64,000 nt of DNA from Eledone cirrhosa (taxonomy: Eukaryota): positions 16,802,001 through 16,866,000 of the forward strand of contig OZ024750.1 in assembly GCA_964016885.1 (NCBI GenBank). The letters are read 5' to 3'. The notes below the pieces were generated by a model that saw only the letters and a program-made list of their open reading frames with translations, did not search any database and was not told the origin of the DNA. Positions 1 to 13,500 of this stretch are shown piece after piece. Within the stretch, counting starts at the first letter, position 1. Each line of letters starts with the position of its first letter. The position numbers were made by a program, and so were the translations under genes.

Positions 1-134
1 AAGATGAATTATATCACCTACGAATCAGAGCAAACTCACAGTCGGATTCCCCTCACCGAGTGCTTGCACATAACCATTATCTAACGAGACTATTCCTTCT
101 TCTAACATTCCAAGAGTGTTAAATATTCCCTTCT

Positions 135-212
<78 letters not shown>

Positions 213-356
213 TATACATACATATATATACATACACACACACACACATATATATATATACACACACACACACATATATATATATACACACACACACACA
301 CATATATATATACACACATATATATACACACACACACATATATATATATATACGCG

Positions 357-390
<34 letters not shown>

Positions 391-398
391 CACGCACA

Positions 399-440
<42 letters not shown>

Positions 441-512
441 AATCCACACACATATATATATACACACACACACACACATATATATATACACACACACATA
501 TATATATATACG

Positions 513-546
<34 letters not shown>

Positions 547-554
547 CACGCACA

Positions 555-612
<58 letters not shown>

Positions 613-617
<5 letters not shown>

Positions 618-975
618 CAGGAAAGAAGATTGACATGGTTTGCAATACAAAAAAGGTTTTTAATCTCATTGCTGACAATTGTTTCTCTGAACTGGTAGGT
701 CTAGAGATCGCTATTCGCTTGTTTTCACGTTACTCGATCGCCAATACAAAATTATAATAAAAACCTTTTTTGTATTGCAAACCATGTCAATCTTCTTTCC
801 TGATTTATTATTACTCCAAGTGTTTACAACATAGGAATTACGGCATACCCGCAACATCACTATGAATACGCCTTGTTGAGTCAAACCAAGCCTAGCGTTG
901 ATATCATCCACTACCCGGAATACCATAACTGGACTACACCTAAGGGGACTGGATATAACTATTATTTGTTACCCC
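613..975. mobile_element. Fold-back insert between (TA)n tracts, putative Penelope-like remnant
   Basis: Inverted arms of ~49 bp at ~613-661 and ~759-807 (aaatcaggaaagaagattgacatgg... / ...ccatgtcaatcttctttcctgattt); (TA)n on both sides. Confidence 0.5.
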
Positions 976-976
976 G

Positions 977-1046
<70 letters not shown>

Positions 1047-1080
1047 TATATACACACACATATATACATACATATAGGAG

Positions 1081-1296
1081 TCGATCGACTTTCGTCAAAT
1101 CGGACCGAGGGAACAATGTTTCCGTTGGTCTTTCCAATTGCTAATACTATCTATCGGTCGCAACTCCAGGTAGAAGGAGCAACGTGAAATAAAGTGTCTT
1201 GCCCAAGGACATAACGCATCGCCTGGTCCAGGAATCGAACTCACAACCTTATGATTGTGAATCCAATTCTCTAACCACTCAGCCACACGCCTTCAC
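1081..1296 (-). mobile_element. tRNA-derived SINE (family B)
   Basis: The minus strand starts gtgaaggcgtg-TGGCTGAGTGG (A box) ... GTTCGATTCC (B box), then gtccttgggcaagacacttt. Second copy at 6979-7154. Confidence 0.8.
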
Positions 1297-1305
1297 GATA
1301 CATAC

Positions 1306-1459
<154 letters not shown>

Positions 1460-1567
1460 ATATATATGTATATATATATATATATACGCAAAAATTGTCT
1501 TCGTAATGAAACAGGATTTTAAAGACAACCAAAATCTAACAAACAAAATATTGTTGTGGTCCTCTTA

Positions 1568-1750
<183 letters not shown>

Positions 1751-1807
1751 TTATAAGAATTAGGTTCACGGCTTCACATTTAACCGTCCAAAATTCACTT
1801 GCAAAAA

Positions 1808-2039
1808 CAAATTCATATACATAGGTCTATGTAAGGACCCACCAGAGTCGGCCGCAGCAACTTATCAAATTCATATACATAGGTCTATGTAAGGTCCCAC
1901 CAGCGTCGGCTGCAGCAATTTATCAAATTCATATACATAAGTCTATGTAAGGACCCACCAGCGTCGGCCGCAGCAATTTATCAAATTCATATACATAGGT
2001 CTATGTAAGGACCCACCAGCGTCGGCCGCAGCAATTTAT
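1808..2039. repeat. Minisatellite, 4 x 58 bp
   Basis: Unit caaattcatatacataggtctatgtaaggacccaccagcgtcggccgcagcaatttat starts at 1808, 1866, 1924 and 1982. Confidence 0.95.
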
Positions 2040-2484
2040 TTGTGCTTTCAGCTGGGCTTTTTAGTTTTAGGATGGTTAGAATTTTTGAATTTAATACCTG
2101 TATGTATAACCATTCAATTCCAATTATTTGCACCAAGCTATCTTATATATGTAAAATTGGCGGGGTTTGCTGTATATTCTAATTTTTGTGAAAGAGTGAG
2201 TGAAGAGACAAGAAAAGAGAAACAGATAGAGATATATACAAAGTGAGAAACGATGTGAGAGGGAGAGAGGGAGAGAGAATGACAAACCTAAGGTCCATAG
2301 AAGCCTTTATTCTAAAACTCGCTGTGTTAGTACCAGCACTAATTAAGAGTAGCCCGTCAAACCGGCACGGAGCTATCATTAAATAATATATATATATCTT
2401 ATTTACAAAACCTATAGAGTTAACTTTACGCTTCGTTTACTTCAGTCAATATCACGTAGTAAATAACATCTACTGAGAAATAAA

Positions 2485-2869
2485 TAATTGTTTCTACGTT
2501 TGGCACAAGGCCAGCAATTACCTAGAGCATTACCGGTACTTTATTTTATCGACCCCGTAAGGATGAAAGGCAAAGTTAACCTCGGCGGGATTTGAACTCA
2601 GAATGGCAAGGGCCGTAACTCTATACGTTAAAGCATAGCGTCCGACCCTCTACCGATACTGCCAATCCACCGCCCTACTGAGAAATAAATAATTGTTTCT
2701 ACTTTAGGCACAAGGCCAGCAATTACCCAGTACATTACTGGTACTTTATTTTATCGACCCCGTAAGGATGAAAGGCAAAGTTAACCTCAGCGGGATTTGA
2801 ACTCAAATCGTAAAGGGACGTAACTATGCTAGAAAGCATGGCGTCCAACTCTCTACCGATACTGCCAAT
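2485..2869 (-). mobile_element. Tandem pair of SINE family A
   Basis: Two copies of ggcggtggattggcagtatcggtagag...gagttcaaatcccgccgagg...cctttcatccttacggggtcgataaaataaagtaccag...ggccttgtgcc. 28-bp direct repeat at 2470 and 2675. Confidence 0.9.
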
Positions 2870-3260
2870 AATGGCTTCTGAAATACATATATAGAGGATA
2901 ATATATGGTTTACTGGGGCAGTACAAAATACTCACAGTGGGACTATATGTATTTTAATTATGCATGACATATTGTATGTTTTCATATACACCTCTATTCT
3001 GTACCACGCTGTGTTACTGTTATCGTAAATTAATATCAGTCAGTCAAGCTAATATTATACATAAAACATGCTTTCAACACAAAATTTACAAAATTTATAT
3101 GAAATTATATTTTCCGTCCATCTCAGTTTCGCCGTAAGTATGCATCTGCTAATGATGGATTGAGAAAAACTTAAAATACATATATATAGCGGTTTTACAC
3201 TGAAGCTGATGTAACAGTGGTATGATCACAGCTTAAGATACTCACAGCGAGACTATACAG

Positions 3261-3588
3261 CAGAGGTTCTCAAAATGGGCGCTACCAACCGGGGGGGGGG
3301 GGGGTATTGAGAAGGTCCAGAGGACGCTGGGGCCTAAGGGGACGGGGCAGGGGGTAGATATGATATCATAGTATATTAAGTATCAACTGATAATAAAACA
3401 TATAATATTTATTTATACATAGTTTATGTTATATTATCTATTATATATAAATTAACGATTGTATTTATTATATAATATTTACAATTTACGTGTAGACAGC
3501 TCTCTGGAAATAGGGGTGGTGGGACGGCTTGAGGGTTTTACGTGGCCGTGAGTTGGGGCTGTGGCCCCGAAACGTTTGAAAACTTCTT
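3261..3588. mobile_element. hAT-type MITE
   Basis: TIR-like ends cagaggttctcaaa / tttgaaaacttctt; perfect 8-bp TSD CTATACAG (3253-3260, 3589-3596). Paralog at 19947-20292. Confidence 0.85.
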
Positions 3589-3654
3589 CTATACAGTGTA
3601 GTATTATTATACATAACCATACTATATGTGTCCATAGACACTTTTATTAAAAGA

Positions 3655-3772
<118 letters not shown>

Positions 3773-3957
3773 TTATAACGTAGGCGTAGAAAATGTAAGA
3801 GATGAGTGGATTGGTTATAAAAACATCTATTAGAGATGTAAATGTTTGGTGTGATTTAACGTGTCTATATAAATATATATATATATATATACATACATAT
3901 ATATATATATATGTGTGTGTAGATAGATAGTCGCGTTAAAACACCGAAAACATTATG

Positions 3958-4028
3958 AAGTGTGTCCTCCAAAAATGTATACACACTTCAATAACATTCT
4001 AATAAAAGTGTGTATACATTTTTTGGAG

Positions 4029-4033
<5 letters not shown>
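3958..4033. mobile_element. Tc1/mariner-type MITE (MITE-1), short copy
   Basis: TIR ...gtcctccaaaaatgtatacacac / gtgtgtatacattttttggagacc, followed by TA. Confidence 0.7.
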
Positions 4034-4084
<51 letters not shown>

Positions 4085-4161
4085 GATGATGATGATAAAC
4101 ATAAATGATACAACCACTCACGTGAAGCATAGCGGAAAATATGTTATAGAACTGTCGGCGG

Positions 4162-4208
<47 letters not shown>

Positions 4209-4251
4209 GTGTATATATATAATATTGACGAGGTTATAGAAAATATATTCG

Positions 4252-4318
<67 letters not shown>

Positions 4319-4828
4319 TTTATGTATGTTTGTATGTATGCATTTATGCGTGTGTATGTTTTGTAGGTGTACATGCGTGCGTATATGTGTGTTTGAGATC
4401 ACGCGTGTGAATGTGTATGTGTGTTTGAAAGGCCACAGAGAGGCCGATCATGGGCGGGCATAAATTGTGTATTTGATGTAACTACTTGCCAGCTTTTTTG
4501 GGGGGCCGAAGGGTCATATCTTGGGGTCGGTGACCGACGACGACAAGAGATTTTCAACATCGGTGTACGGGTGTATGGGAGGGAGGTTTACGGAAGATCT
4601 GAGATGTGATGGAAAGAGCGAGAGGTGTGGCGGAGGATGAGATGTGATGGGAGTGGAGAGAGGTGTGGAGCAGTGAAATATGTGATGGGAGGAGTGAGAT
4701 AAGATGGGAGGAGTGATGGATAGGGATGGTGGAGAGTAAGAAAGATATAAGTGAACTTTATACTAAGATCAAAGGGATTCTATGTTTGTCTGCCTGTGTG
4801 TGTATGTTTGTGTTTGTGTTTGTGTGTG

Positions 4829-4877
<49 letters not shown>

Positions 4878-5075
4878 TACGTGTGGGATTGCGTACGTGA
4901 GGATGGTGGGAAAGGAGTTATTTTGTAATTTTATATTTATTGTAATATATTATATATTTATAAACTGACAAACATGAAAATATGTTGCTGTTGTTGATAT
5001 TGATGTTTAACTCGAGGTCAGCAATGATATTGCTTACCTATGATCAAAGACATTGCAGTCGTGACCATCAGGCAG

Positions 5076-5204
<129 letters not shown>

Positions 5205-5206
5205 TA

Positions 5207-5477
5207 CGCAAGGTGGTCGTGGAGGTGCCACGGAAAAAAAGCACCCAGCCCACACTGTAAAGTGGACGTGTAGGCGCCACGGAAAAAAAGTACCCAGCAC
5301 TCACTGTAAATGAGGTTGGTGTTAGGAAGGGCATCCAGCTGTAGAAATCAAGCCAAATCAGTTCCTGTATGAGCAAGGTATGGTCAGCCGACCAGACACT
5401 GCCCACAACAGGACAACCCGTCTAACCCATGCTAGCGTGGAAGAACGGACGTAAAACGGTGATGATGATGATGATGA

Positions 5478-5479
<2 letters not shown>
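5207..5479 (+). mobile_element. SINE-like element with (GAT)n tail (family C)
   Basis: gttggtgttaggaagggcatccagctgtagaa...ccatgctagcgtggaa...gacgtaaaacg(gat)n, with an internal ~49-bp tandem duplication. Degenerate reverse copy at ~26340-26650. Confidence 0.6.
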
Positions 5480-5540
<61 letters not shown>

Positions 5541-5548
<8 letters not shown>

Positions 5549-5711
5549 TTCCGTCATAATGAAATTCACTTGGCATCAAAAAGAATTCGTTGTAACAAAA
5601 AATTCCTTATAACGAGATCGACCTAACATGTGGCCGAGGATTGAAAAAAGTTTCGTTATACTGAAAAAAAAACCGTTATAACGGTATTCGTAATAACGGA
5701 ATTTTACCTGT
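5541..5711. mobile_element. pogo/Tigger-like MITE
   Basis: Ends taaaattccgtcataatgaa / ttcgtaataacggaattttacctg|TA; internal cgttata/tataacg repeats; set in (TA)n. Confidence 0.65.
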
Positions 5712-5880
5712 ATATACATATATATATATATATATATACAGGTAAAAATATATATATATGTGTAAAATATATATGTATACATATATATTATATGTAATTG
5801 TGTATGTCTATGTGTGTGTACGTGCCTGTGTGTGTGAGTGTGCACTTGTCTATGTATATGTGTGTGTGTATGTATATGGC

Positions 5881-5911
<31 letters not shown>

Positions 5912-5923
5912 TAATATACGTAC

Positions 5924-6030
5924 GTGTGTGGTGAGAGTATCTCATGTGGAGAATATCACAGGCGTGTATATAATGGTAGAGGGTCTTCTCTATCAGATCT
6001 TGTGGTTCATAACCAGTTAGTTGGGCCACT
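5924..6030 (-). CDS. sim: single-minded exon (PAS-B): [35 protein letters not shown]
   Basis: SIM motif [15 protein letters not shown]. Splice sites atttcag| ... |gtacgt; 107 bp, phase 2 to 1. Confidence 0.96.
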
Positions 6031-6399
6031 CTGAAATGGAAAATATATGTGGACGTTTTTTTTATATAGCTGGAAATATTGGAACACTCATCGTCGCCAA
6101 CAGACTGAGATCCAACAACACCAGCATATACAACAACAACAACAACAACGTAGCTGGAATTACTGGAACAGCCATCTTGGAATCAATGGAGGCCTAAGTA
6201 AAACAACAACACACATTGTATGGGCCCTTAACTCTTGATGGAGTCGTAGGGGCGCTGTCATGACATATGATGTGTCTTGAGCATTAACACACACACACAC
6301 ACACACGGACAAACAAACACACACACATAGATAAACACAGTCACACGCACACACACATTCACACACACACACACATATGTAAGATTGACTTTTGCCAAT

Positions 6400-6572
6400 T
6401 CCGACGATGAGTGTACTAGTTGTTCGAACAACAGAACAACAAGCTCGTGAAGTTAATGTGCAAGTGGCTGAGTATTCCATAGATATAGGCACGTGTAACC
6501 GCTATATAATTCTGAGGGAGATTCAGCGAGACACATAGTGTGACAAGACTGGCTGTTTGAATTACAGATACA
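6400..6572 (+). mobile_element. Interspersed repeat fragment
   Basis: aagtggctgagtattccatagata...gagattcagcgagacacatagtgtgacaag recurs at ~6781-6870 and, degenerately, at ~23750-23915. Confidence 0.55.
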
Positions 6573-6585
6573 GTACATCTTGTAT

Positions 6586-6775
6586 GGATTGGCAGTGTCA
6601 GTAGAGGGTCGGACGCTATGGATAGAGTTATGGATAGAGTTATGTCTTTTTATGGTCTGAGTTCAAATTCCACTGAGATTAACTTTGCCTTTCATTCTTA
6701 CGGGGTCGATAAAATAAAGTACCAGTAATGCATTGGGATAATTGCTGACTTTGTGCCAAAAGTAGAAATAATTAT
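6586..6775 (+). mobile_element. SINE family A
   Basis: ggattggcag...gagttcaaattcc...ggggtcgataaaataaagtaccag...gtgccaaaagtagaaa. Confidence 0.85.
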
Positions 6776-6978
6776 AATACAAGTGGTTGAGTATTCCGTA
6801 GATACGTGAACCCATGACGTATTTCTTAACGAGATTCAGCATGACACAGTGTGAACCCAGCTTCGCCCTTATATTATATGTATAACTTATTTTTGCCACT
6901 AGATTGGAATAGAACAACATGAATAAAGTGGACATAACGGCTTGGGAATCGAGCCCAAATTATAATGTATCGACATTC

Positions 6979-7154
6979 GATCGACTTTCGATCAAATTGG
7001 ACCGAAGAAACAATGTTTCCATTGCTCTTTCCAATTGCTAATACTATCTATCGGTCGCAAATCCAGCTAGAAGGAGCAAAGTGTCTTGCTCCAGACATAA
7101 CGCATCGCCCGATTGGGAATCCAATTCTCTAACCATTCAGCCACACGTCTTCAC
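6979..7154 (-). mobile_element. tRNA-derived SINE (family B), internally deleted copy
   Basis: Aligns with 1081-1296 (ctttccaattgctaatactatctatcggtcgcaa is shared). Confidence 0.75.
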
Positions 7155-7233
7155 GTATTGTGTAGTATATATTAATGTGATAGTATTGTGGCTATAATGT
7201 ATGTATTTATGTGTTAATATTGTTGCTACTTAC

Positions 7234-7433
7234 CTGGCATCTAGAAATATTAACTTCAAGTCTAAACTGGCTCTGAACATAAACATATTATTAAACATTT
7301 TAATCTCGGTGACAGCGCTAGGAGGCAGTGAATGGCCGACAGCTACCAGGCCGACATTTTGGTAACAACCGTCGTACGGGGAAATATCCATCGTATACTG
7401 TTTGATTTTTAAGTAGCCACTGCAATGAATCAC
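7234..7433 (-). CDS. sim: single-minded exon: [66 protein letters not shown](R)
   Basis: ORF track 7230..7433; highly similar to the SIM1/SIM2 inter-PAS and PAS-B start. Splice sites tttacag| ... |gtaagt; 200 bp, phase 0 to 2. Confidence 0.97.
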
Positions 7434-7469
7434 CTGTAAAGAAAGAAGAATGAATAACAGTTTTAACCA

Positions 7470-7680
7470 TTTGCAGAATCGGTAGAGCGTCGGACAAAAT
7501 GCTTTTCAGAATTTAATTACGACTTTCTTAAGTTCTGAGTTCAAACCACACCGACGTCACCTTTGCTTTTTATCCTTCCTGGGTTAATAAAATAAAATAC
7601 TAGTTAAATACTCGTTCGGTATAATCGACTTTCTCCTGTTCCATCCCAAATTTCAGACTTTGTGCGAATGCTAGAAAAAA
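7470..7680 (+). mobile_element. SINE family A, old diverged copy
   Basis: cggtagagcgtcggac...ctgagttcaaa...ctttgctttttatcctt...aataaaataaaatac. Confidence 0.7.
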
Positions 7681-8392
7681 TATTTTTAATGAAAGACAGT
7701 GCCTATAATTTTCAAATTATTTTGAAAATAAACAAACATTTGGAGGAATTTATTTCCATATCTAGCTTTCTCATTATTAAATTGGTATTCGGAATATGAC
7801 TTCACAAATGTCTTTATTATGGAATTTTAGACAAATATTATCACTTTAAAATAAAGTTTTGTTACATAGTGTCAGTACTGGTTTCAGGTGGGTTAGTTGG
7901 TCCACAGAAACAACATCAACAAAAAAAAAAAAAAAGGGAAAGGAAAACAGGCAAAATATAGGCCCTCAGTTGAAGAGCGTATTTCAATAAGAGACATCGG
8001 ACAAAATGGTAGAAAAATTGCCACGAAGACCAACCAACGATATCCTCTGGATCAACCATTTCAACTCAGGTTTTGACGAATTACACAATAACCCAGCTAC
8101 CTATATCGCTGGACTCTGCTGATCTATGAAACCTATACATTTCTAGGTGGACCGAGCCATTGAGAAGAATCATGTATTTTGGTAAAGAACATCCATGTTT
8201 CGTTTTGTTTGTTTGTGCATTTGAGTTTCTGTGCAGGCATGTTTATATGTTTGTCGTTATCGTTGAGAACGTGCATGTGTGTGTGTGTGTGTGTGTGAAT
8301 GTGTTTAATTCCTTCAGTATATATATATATATATGTGATTGTGTATGATTCTTTCAGTGTGTATGTGTGTGATTGTGTAGGATTCCTTCAGT

Positions 8393-8674
8393 TAGGGACC
8401 TCGTTTACCTTAAAAATGTGAGTGGGGACAAACCAACATTTGTTGACTCTTAAAGGAGCATGTTAGTATTGTTTATGGTGCCTTTCCCGGACCCTATCAC
8501 ATAAGTAAAATTTTACACTAATTAAATTTTATATATTCAAATGGAATTAGGATTTTAAAAAAATAAGCTTAAAAAGAATTTATTATATCAAATAAACAAA
8601 AAAATAAAACATAGACGTTTGAAAAAGTGTGCGGGGGGACTTGTCCCCTGGAACCCCCTGAAGCAAGGCCCTTG
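8393..8674. mobile_element. hAT-type MITE inserted in a degenerate ~36-bp minisatellite
   Basis: Perfect 8-bp TSD CCTTCAGT (8385-8392, 8675-8682); imperfect TIRs tagggacctcgttt / gaagcaaggcccttg. Confidence 0.7.
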
Positions 8675-8949
8675 CCTTCAGTGTATATGTGTGATTGTTG
8701 TATGATTCCATCAGTGTGTATATGTAATTGACCTCGATTCCTTCAGTGTATTTGTGAGCGCGTCCACCCTAGCGTGAACGAGTGTAGAGGTGAATGAGTG
8801 AGCAGACGTGTGTGAAATGCATGAAGAAGGATTTAATTTCTTCTTTCTTAATTTGTATTCTTTCTTCTTCTTGAATAATATTTTAAGCGAGACTTGAAAA
8901 AAAAACATAGAAGAAACAGCAACAATAACAACAACAATAACGGTAGCAG

Positions 8950-8963
8950 CATTAGTAGTAGTG

Positions 8964-9008
<45 letters not shown>

Positions 9009-10617
9009 AGCAGTAGTAGTAGCAGTAGTAGTAGCAGCAGTAGTAGCAATAGTAGTAGTAGCAGCAGTAGTAGTAGCAGCAATAGTAGTAGTAGCAATAG
9101 TAGTAGTAGCAATAGTAGTAGTAGCAATAGTAGTAGTAGTAGTAGCAGCAGTAGTAGCAGCAGTAGTAGTAGCAGTAGTAGTAGTAGCAGTAGCAGCAGC
9201 AGTAGTAGCAATAGTAGTAGTAGCAGCAGTAGTAGTAGCAGTAGTAGTAGCAATAGTAGTAGTAATAGTAGTAGTAGCAGCAGTAGTAGTAGCAATAGTA
9301 GTAGCAATAGTAGTAGTAGCAGTAGTAGTAGTAGCAATAGTAGTAGTAGCAGCAGTAGTAGTAGCAGTAGTATTAGTAGCAGTAGCAGCAGCAGTAGTAG
9401 CAATTAGTTGTCGAAGGTGAATAAAAGAAAGAAGGGATGCTGAGCTGAGGCTGAGAAATTTTAGGGATTCCATACATGATGGTAATATTATAATGTCAAT
9501 AGATTCTTCAACTGGAAACGGGATGGGGGTGGTATGGTGGTGTGGTGGTGTGGTGGTATGGTGGTGTGGTGGTGTGGTGGTATGGTGGTGTGGTGGTGTG
9601 GTGGTGTGGTGGTGTGGTGGTGTGGTGGTGGGGTGGTATGGTGGTGTGGTGGTATGGTGGTGTGGTGGTGTGGTGGTGTGGTGGTATGGTGGTGTGGTGG
9701 TGTGGTGGTGTGGTGGTATGGTGGTGTGGTGGTATGGTGGTGTGGTGGTGTGGTGGTGTGGTGGTGTGGTGGTGTGGTGTTGTGGTGGTGTGGTGGTATG
9801 GTGGTGTGGTGGTGTGGTGGTGTGGTGGTGTGGTGTTGTGGTGGTGTGGTGGTATGGTGGTGTGGTGGTGTGGTGGTGTGGGGGGATGGTGGGTCTGATG
9901 GGGGGGTATGGTGGTATGGTGGCGTGGTGGTGTGGTGGTGTGGTGGTATGGTGGTGTGGTGGTGTGGAGGTGTGGTGGTGTGGTGGTGTGGAGGTGTGAT
10001 GGTATGGTGGTGTGGTGGTGTGGTGGGATGGTGGGTCTGGTGGGGTGGAGGTATGGTGGTGTGGTGGTGTGGTGGGATGGTAGGTCTGGTGGGGTGGAGG
10101 TATGGATGGGTGTTGTATGGTGGAGTGGAGTATGGTGGTATGGTGGGATAATGGGTTGGAGGATGATGGAATGGTGGGATGATCGAATGGTGAAATATCG
10201 CCACCATCATCATCATCATCATCACATCGCTACCATCATCATCACCATCATCACATCACTGCCACCACCATCATCAACATAATCGTCACATCACTACTAT
10301 CATCATCATCATCACCATCATTATTATCACATTACCATCACCAAAAGTACCAACCATACAAGTACTAAACTAGATTTAGTAGACATTTCTCTCACACCTC
10401 CAAAATTGATAAATACCACCAGACATTCTATCTGACGCTCTAAAGGGTCTGCCAATCACAACAACTTGTTACAGTTTACAAAAACAAAGCAAAACCTTTT
10501 GCCATTTCTTTCCAGAATCTTTGTCTCGACCTTCTAAGAAAAATGGCAGCTGGAATTCCTTACACATCCCATTAAATATGTGCTTCCGATAGAATACTTT
10601 AGATTAAAATCGAAATA

Positions 10618-10679
<62 letters not shown>

Positions 10680-10698
10680 AAAGTAGTAGCAGTAGTAA

Positions 10699-10733
<35 letters not shown>

Positions 10734-10756
10734 AAAGTAGTAGCAGTAGTAGTAGT

Positions 10757-10829
<73 letters not shown>

Positions 10830-11030
10830 AAAGTAGTAGCAGTAGTAGTAGTAGCAGTAGTAGTAGTAGATGTAGTAGTATTAGTAGTAGTAGTAGTAGC
10901 AGCAGCAGCAGCAGTAGTAGTAGGTGTAGCATTAGTAGTCGTCGTCTTAGTAGTAGTAGTAGTATTAGTACTAGTAGCAGCAGTAGTAGTAGTAGTAGAT
11001 GTAGTAGTAGTAGTAGCAGCAGAAGTAGAT

Positions 11031-11126
<96 letters not shown>

Positions 11127-12500
11127 AAGTAATAAATTAAAATAGAAATCTCTAATTAAATGGTTTCATAAAATAAGATAAATTATAACGTAAAATAATA
11201 TTAAAAATAACAATGAAATTATAATAAACTATAGCAAATTAATAAAAAATAATAATAAAACAAAGCATGATACAATATAGAATATAATATGAAGTAATAT
11301 AGAATAGAATATAAAGTAATCTAAAATATAATATATAGTAATATAGAATATAATATAAAGTAATATAAAATATAATTATAGTAATATAAAATATGATAGA
11401 ACCTAATATAAAATATAATATAACGTAATATAAAATATAATATATAGTAATATAAAATATGATATAACGTAATATAAAATATAATATAACGTAATATAAA
11501 ACATAATATAAAGTAATATAAAATATAATATAAAGTAATATAAAATATAATATAAAGTAATATAATGTGAAATAATGTAAAAATATGCTATATAAAATAG
11601 TATAAAAACCATAATGTAAAAGTAAGTTATACAAAACTAGAAAATTACAAGAATCAACTCATCAAAAGAAGATCAGGGGAAGAAGAATTTTGCAAAATAA
11701 TTGGTTAATAAAATCGTCAATTCAACAACATTTAATGATATTGCTTTTGGTTTGGTGCCATCTCATTTGCATTTCTCTGCTAAATTGGTGGTGGTAGTGG
11801 TGGTGGTAGTGGTGGTGTTGGTAGTGTTGGTGGTGGTGTTGGTGTTGGAGTTGGTGTTGGTGTTGGTAGTGTTGGTGGTGGTAGTGGTGGTGTTGTTGTT
11901 GGTGTTGGTGTTGGTAGTGTTGGTGGTGGTAGTGGTGGTGTTGGTGTTGGTGTTGGTAGTGTTGGTGGTGGTAGTGGTGGTGTTGGTGTTGGTGTTGGTG
12001 TTGGTAGTGTTGGTGGTGGTAGTAGTGGTGTTGGTGTTGGTGTTGGTAGTGTTGGTGGTGGTAGTGGTGGTGGTGTTGTTGTTGGTAGTGGTGGTGTTGT
12101 TGGTGTTGGTAGTGTTGGTGGTGGTAGTGGTGGTGGTGTTGTTGGTGGTAGTAGTCTTATTGTTGTTGGTGGTGGTGTAGTTGTTGGTGGTGTTGTTGGT
12201 GGTGGTTATTAGTGATTGTGGTGGTGGTGTTGTTGGTGGTGGTGGTTTTTTGTGGTGGCGTTGGTGGTGGTTTTTTTGTGGTGGTGGTGGTGGTGGTGGT
12301 GGTGGTGGTGATGTTGGTGGTAGTGGTGGTGGTGGTGGCGGTCGTGGGAGTGTTGGTGTTGGTGTTGTTGTTGTTGTTGATGGTGGTGGTATTGGTGGTG
12401 TTGGTGGTGGAAGTGGTGCTTTTTATTGTGGAGTTGGTGTTTTTATTGGTGGTGTTATTGTTGTTGTTGCCGTCGTCGTTGTTATTGTTATTATAGTTAA

Positions 12501-12543
<43 letters not shown>

Positions 12544-12578
12544 ATTGCTGTTGTTATTATAGTTAATGCTGTTAATGC

Positions 12579-12624
<46 letters not shown>

Positions 12625-13163
12625 ATTGTTATTATCAATGTTGTTATTGCTGTTGTTATTATAGTTAATGTTGTTGTTGTTGTTGTTGATGTTGATGTTG
12701 TTGTTGCAATAAACAATGAGACCATTAATGGCCGAGAAGAAACAGAAGAGGAGAGAAAACAGAGTAATTTTTCTTTTTTAATTTCAAATTAAGGAAATAG
12801 AGAGAGAGGGCGTGTAGAGAGGTGGAGGGAGAGAAGAAGGGGTGATGAAGGAGAGAGGAGGTATAAATAGGGAGAGGAGATATAAAGAGAGAGGGGGGAT
12901 GGATAGAGAGAAGAAGGAGGCGATGAAGGAGAGAGGAGAGGGAGGAGGTATAAATAGAGAGAGAGGGGGGTGAAGGATGAGAAAGACTAGGAAGAGGGAA
13001 GAGAGAGGAAAATTGGAGAAGACAGATGAGATGGGAAGAGGAAGAAGGGAGAGCGGGAGGTGAAGGGGAGCCAATAGAGTTGAAGGAGAAAGAAAGAAAG
13101 AAATCCCACTTAAATTAAAGAAAAAGTGGCTTTAACACGTTATAGTCTTAAATTCTAACATGA

Positions 13164-13197
<34 letters not shown>

Positions 13198-13447
13198 GGT
13201 GGTGGTGGTAGTGTTGGTGGTGGTGGTGGTGGTGGTGGTGATGGTGGTGGTAGTGATGATGGTGGTGGTAGTGTTGGTGGTGGTGGTGGTGGTGGTGGTG
13301 GTGGTGATGGTGGTGTTGGTGATGGTGGTGGTAGTGATGATGATGGTGGTGGTGGTGGTGGCGATAATGCAGCTGATGATAGCGATGGTGATGATGAACT
13401 GCTTTCGCCGCCTTCCAGCTTCCCTTCTTCTCTCCTACATTCTCTCT

Positions 13448-13500
<53 letters not shown>

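Noticed and set aside
1200-1296. tRNA gene
   Set aside because: A/B boxes continue into a SINE body present in two copies; no complete cloverleaf evident.
1808-2039. CRISPR-like array
   Set aside because: Units are contiguous with no unique spacers; eukaryotic context; no cas genes.
2179-2379. ORF containing FRIKASMDLRFVIL, vaguely PAS-like
   Set aside because: The true motif is in exon 7234-7433; flanking exons already join in phase; no convincing splice sites.
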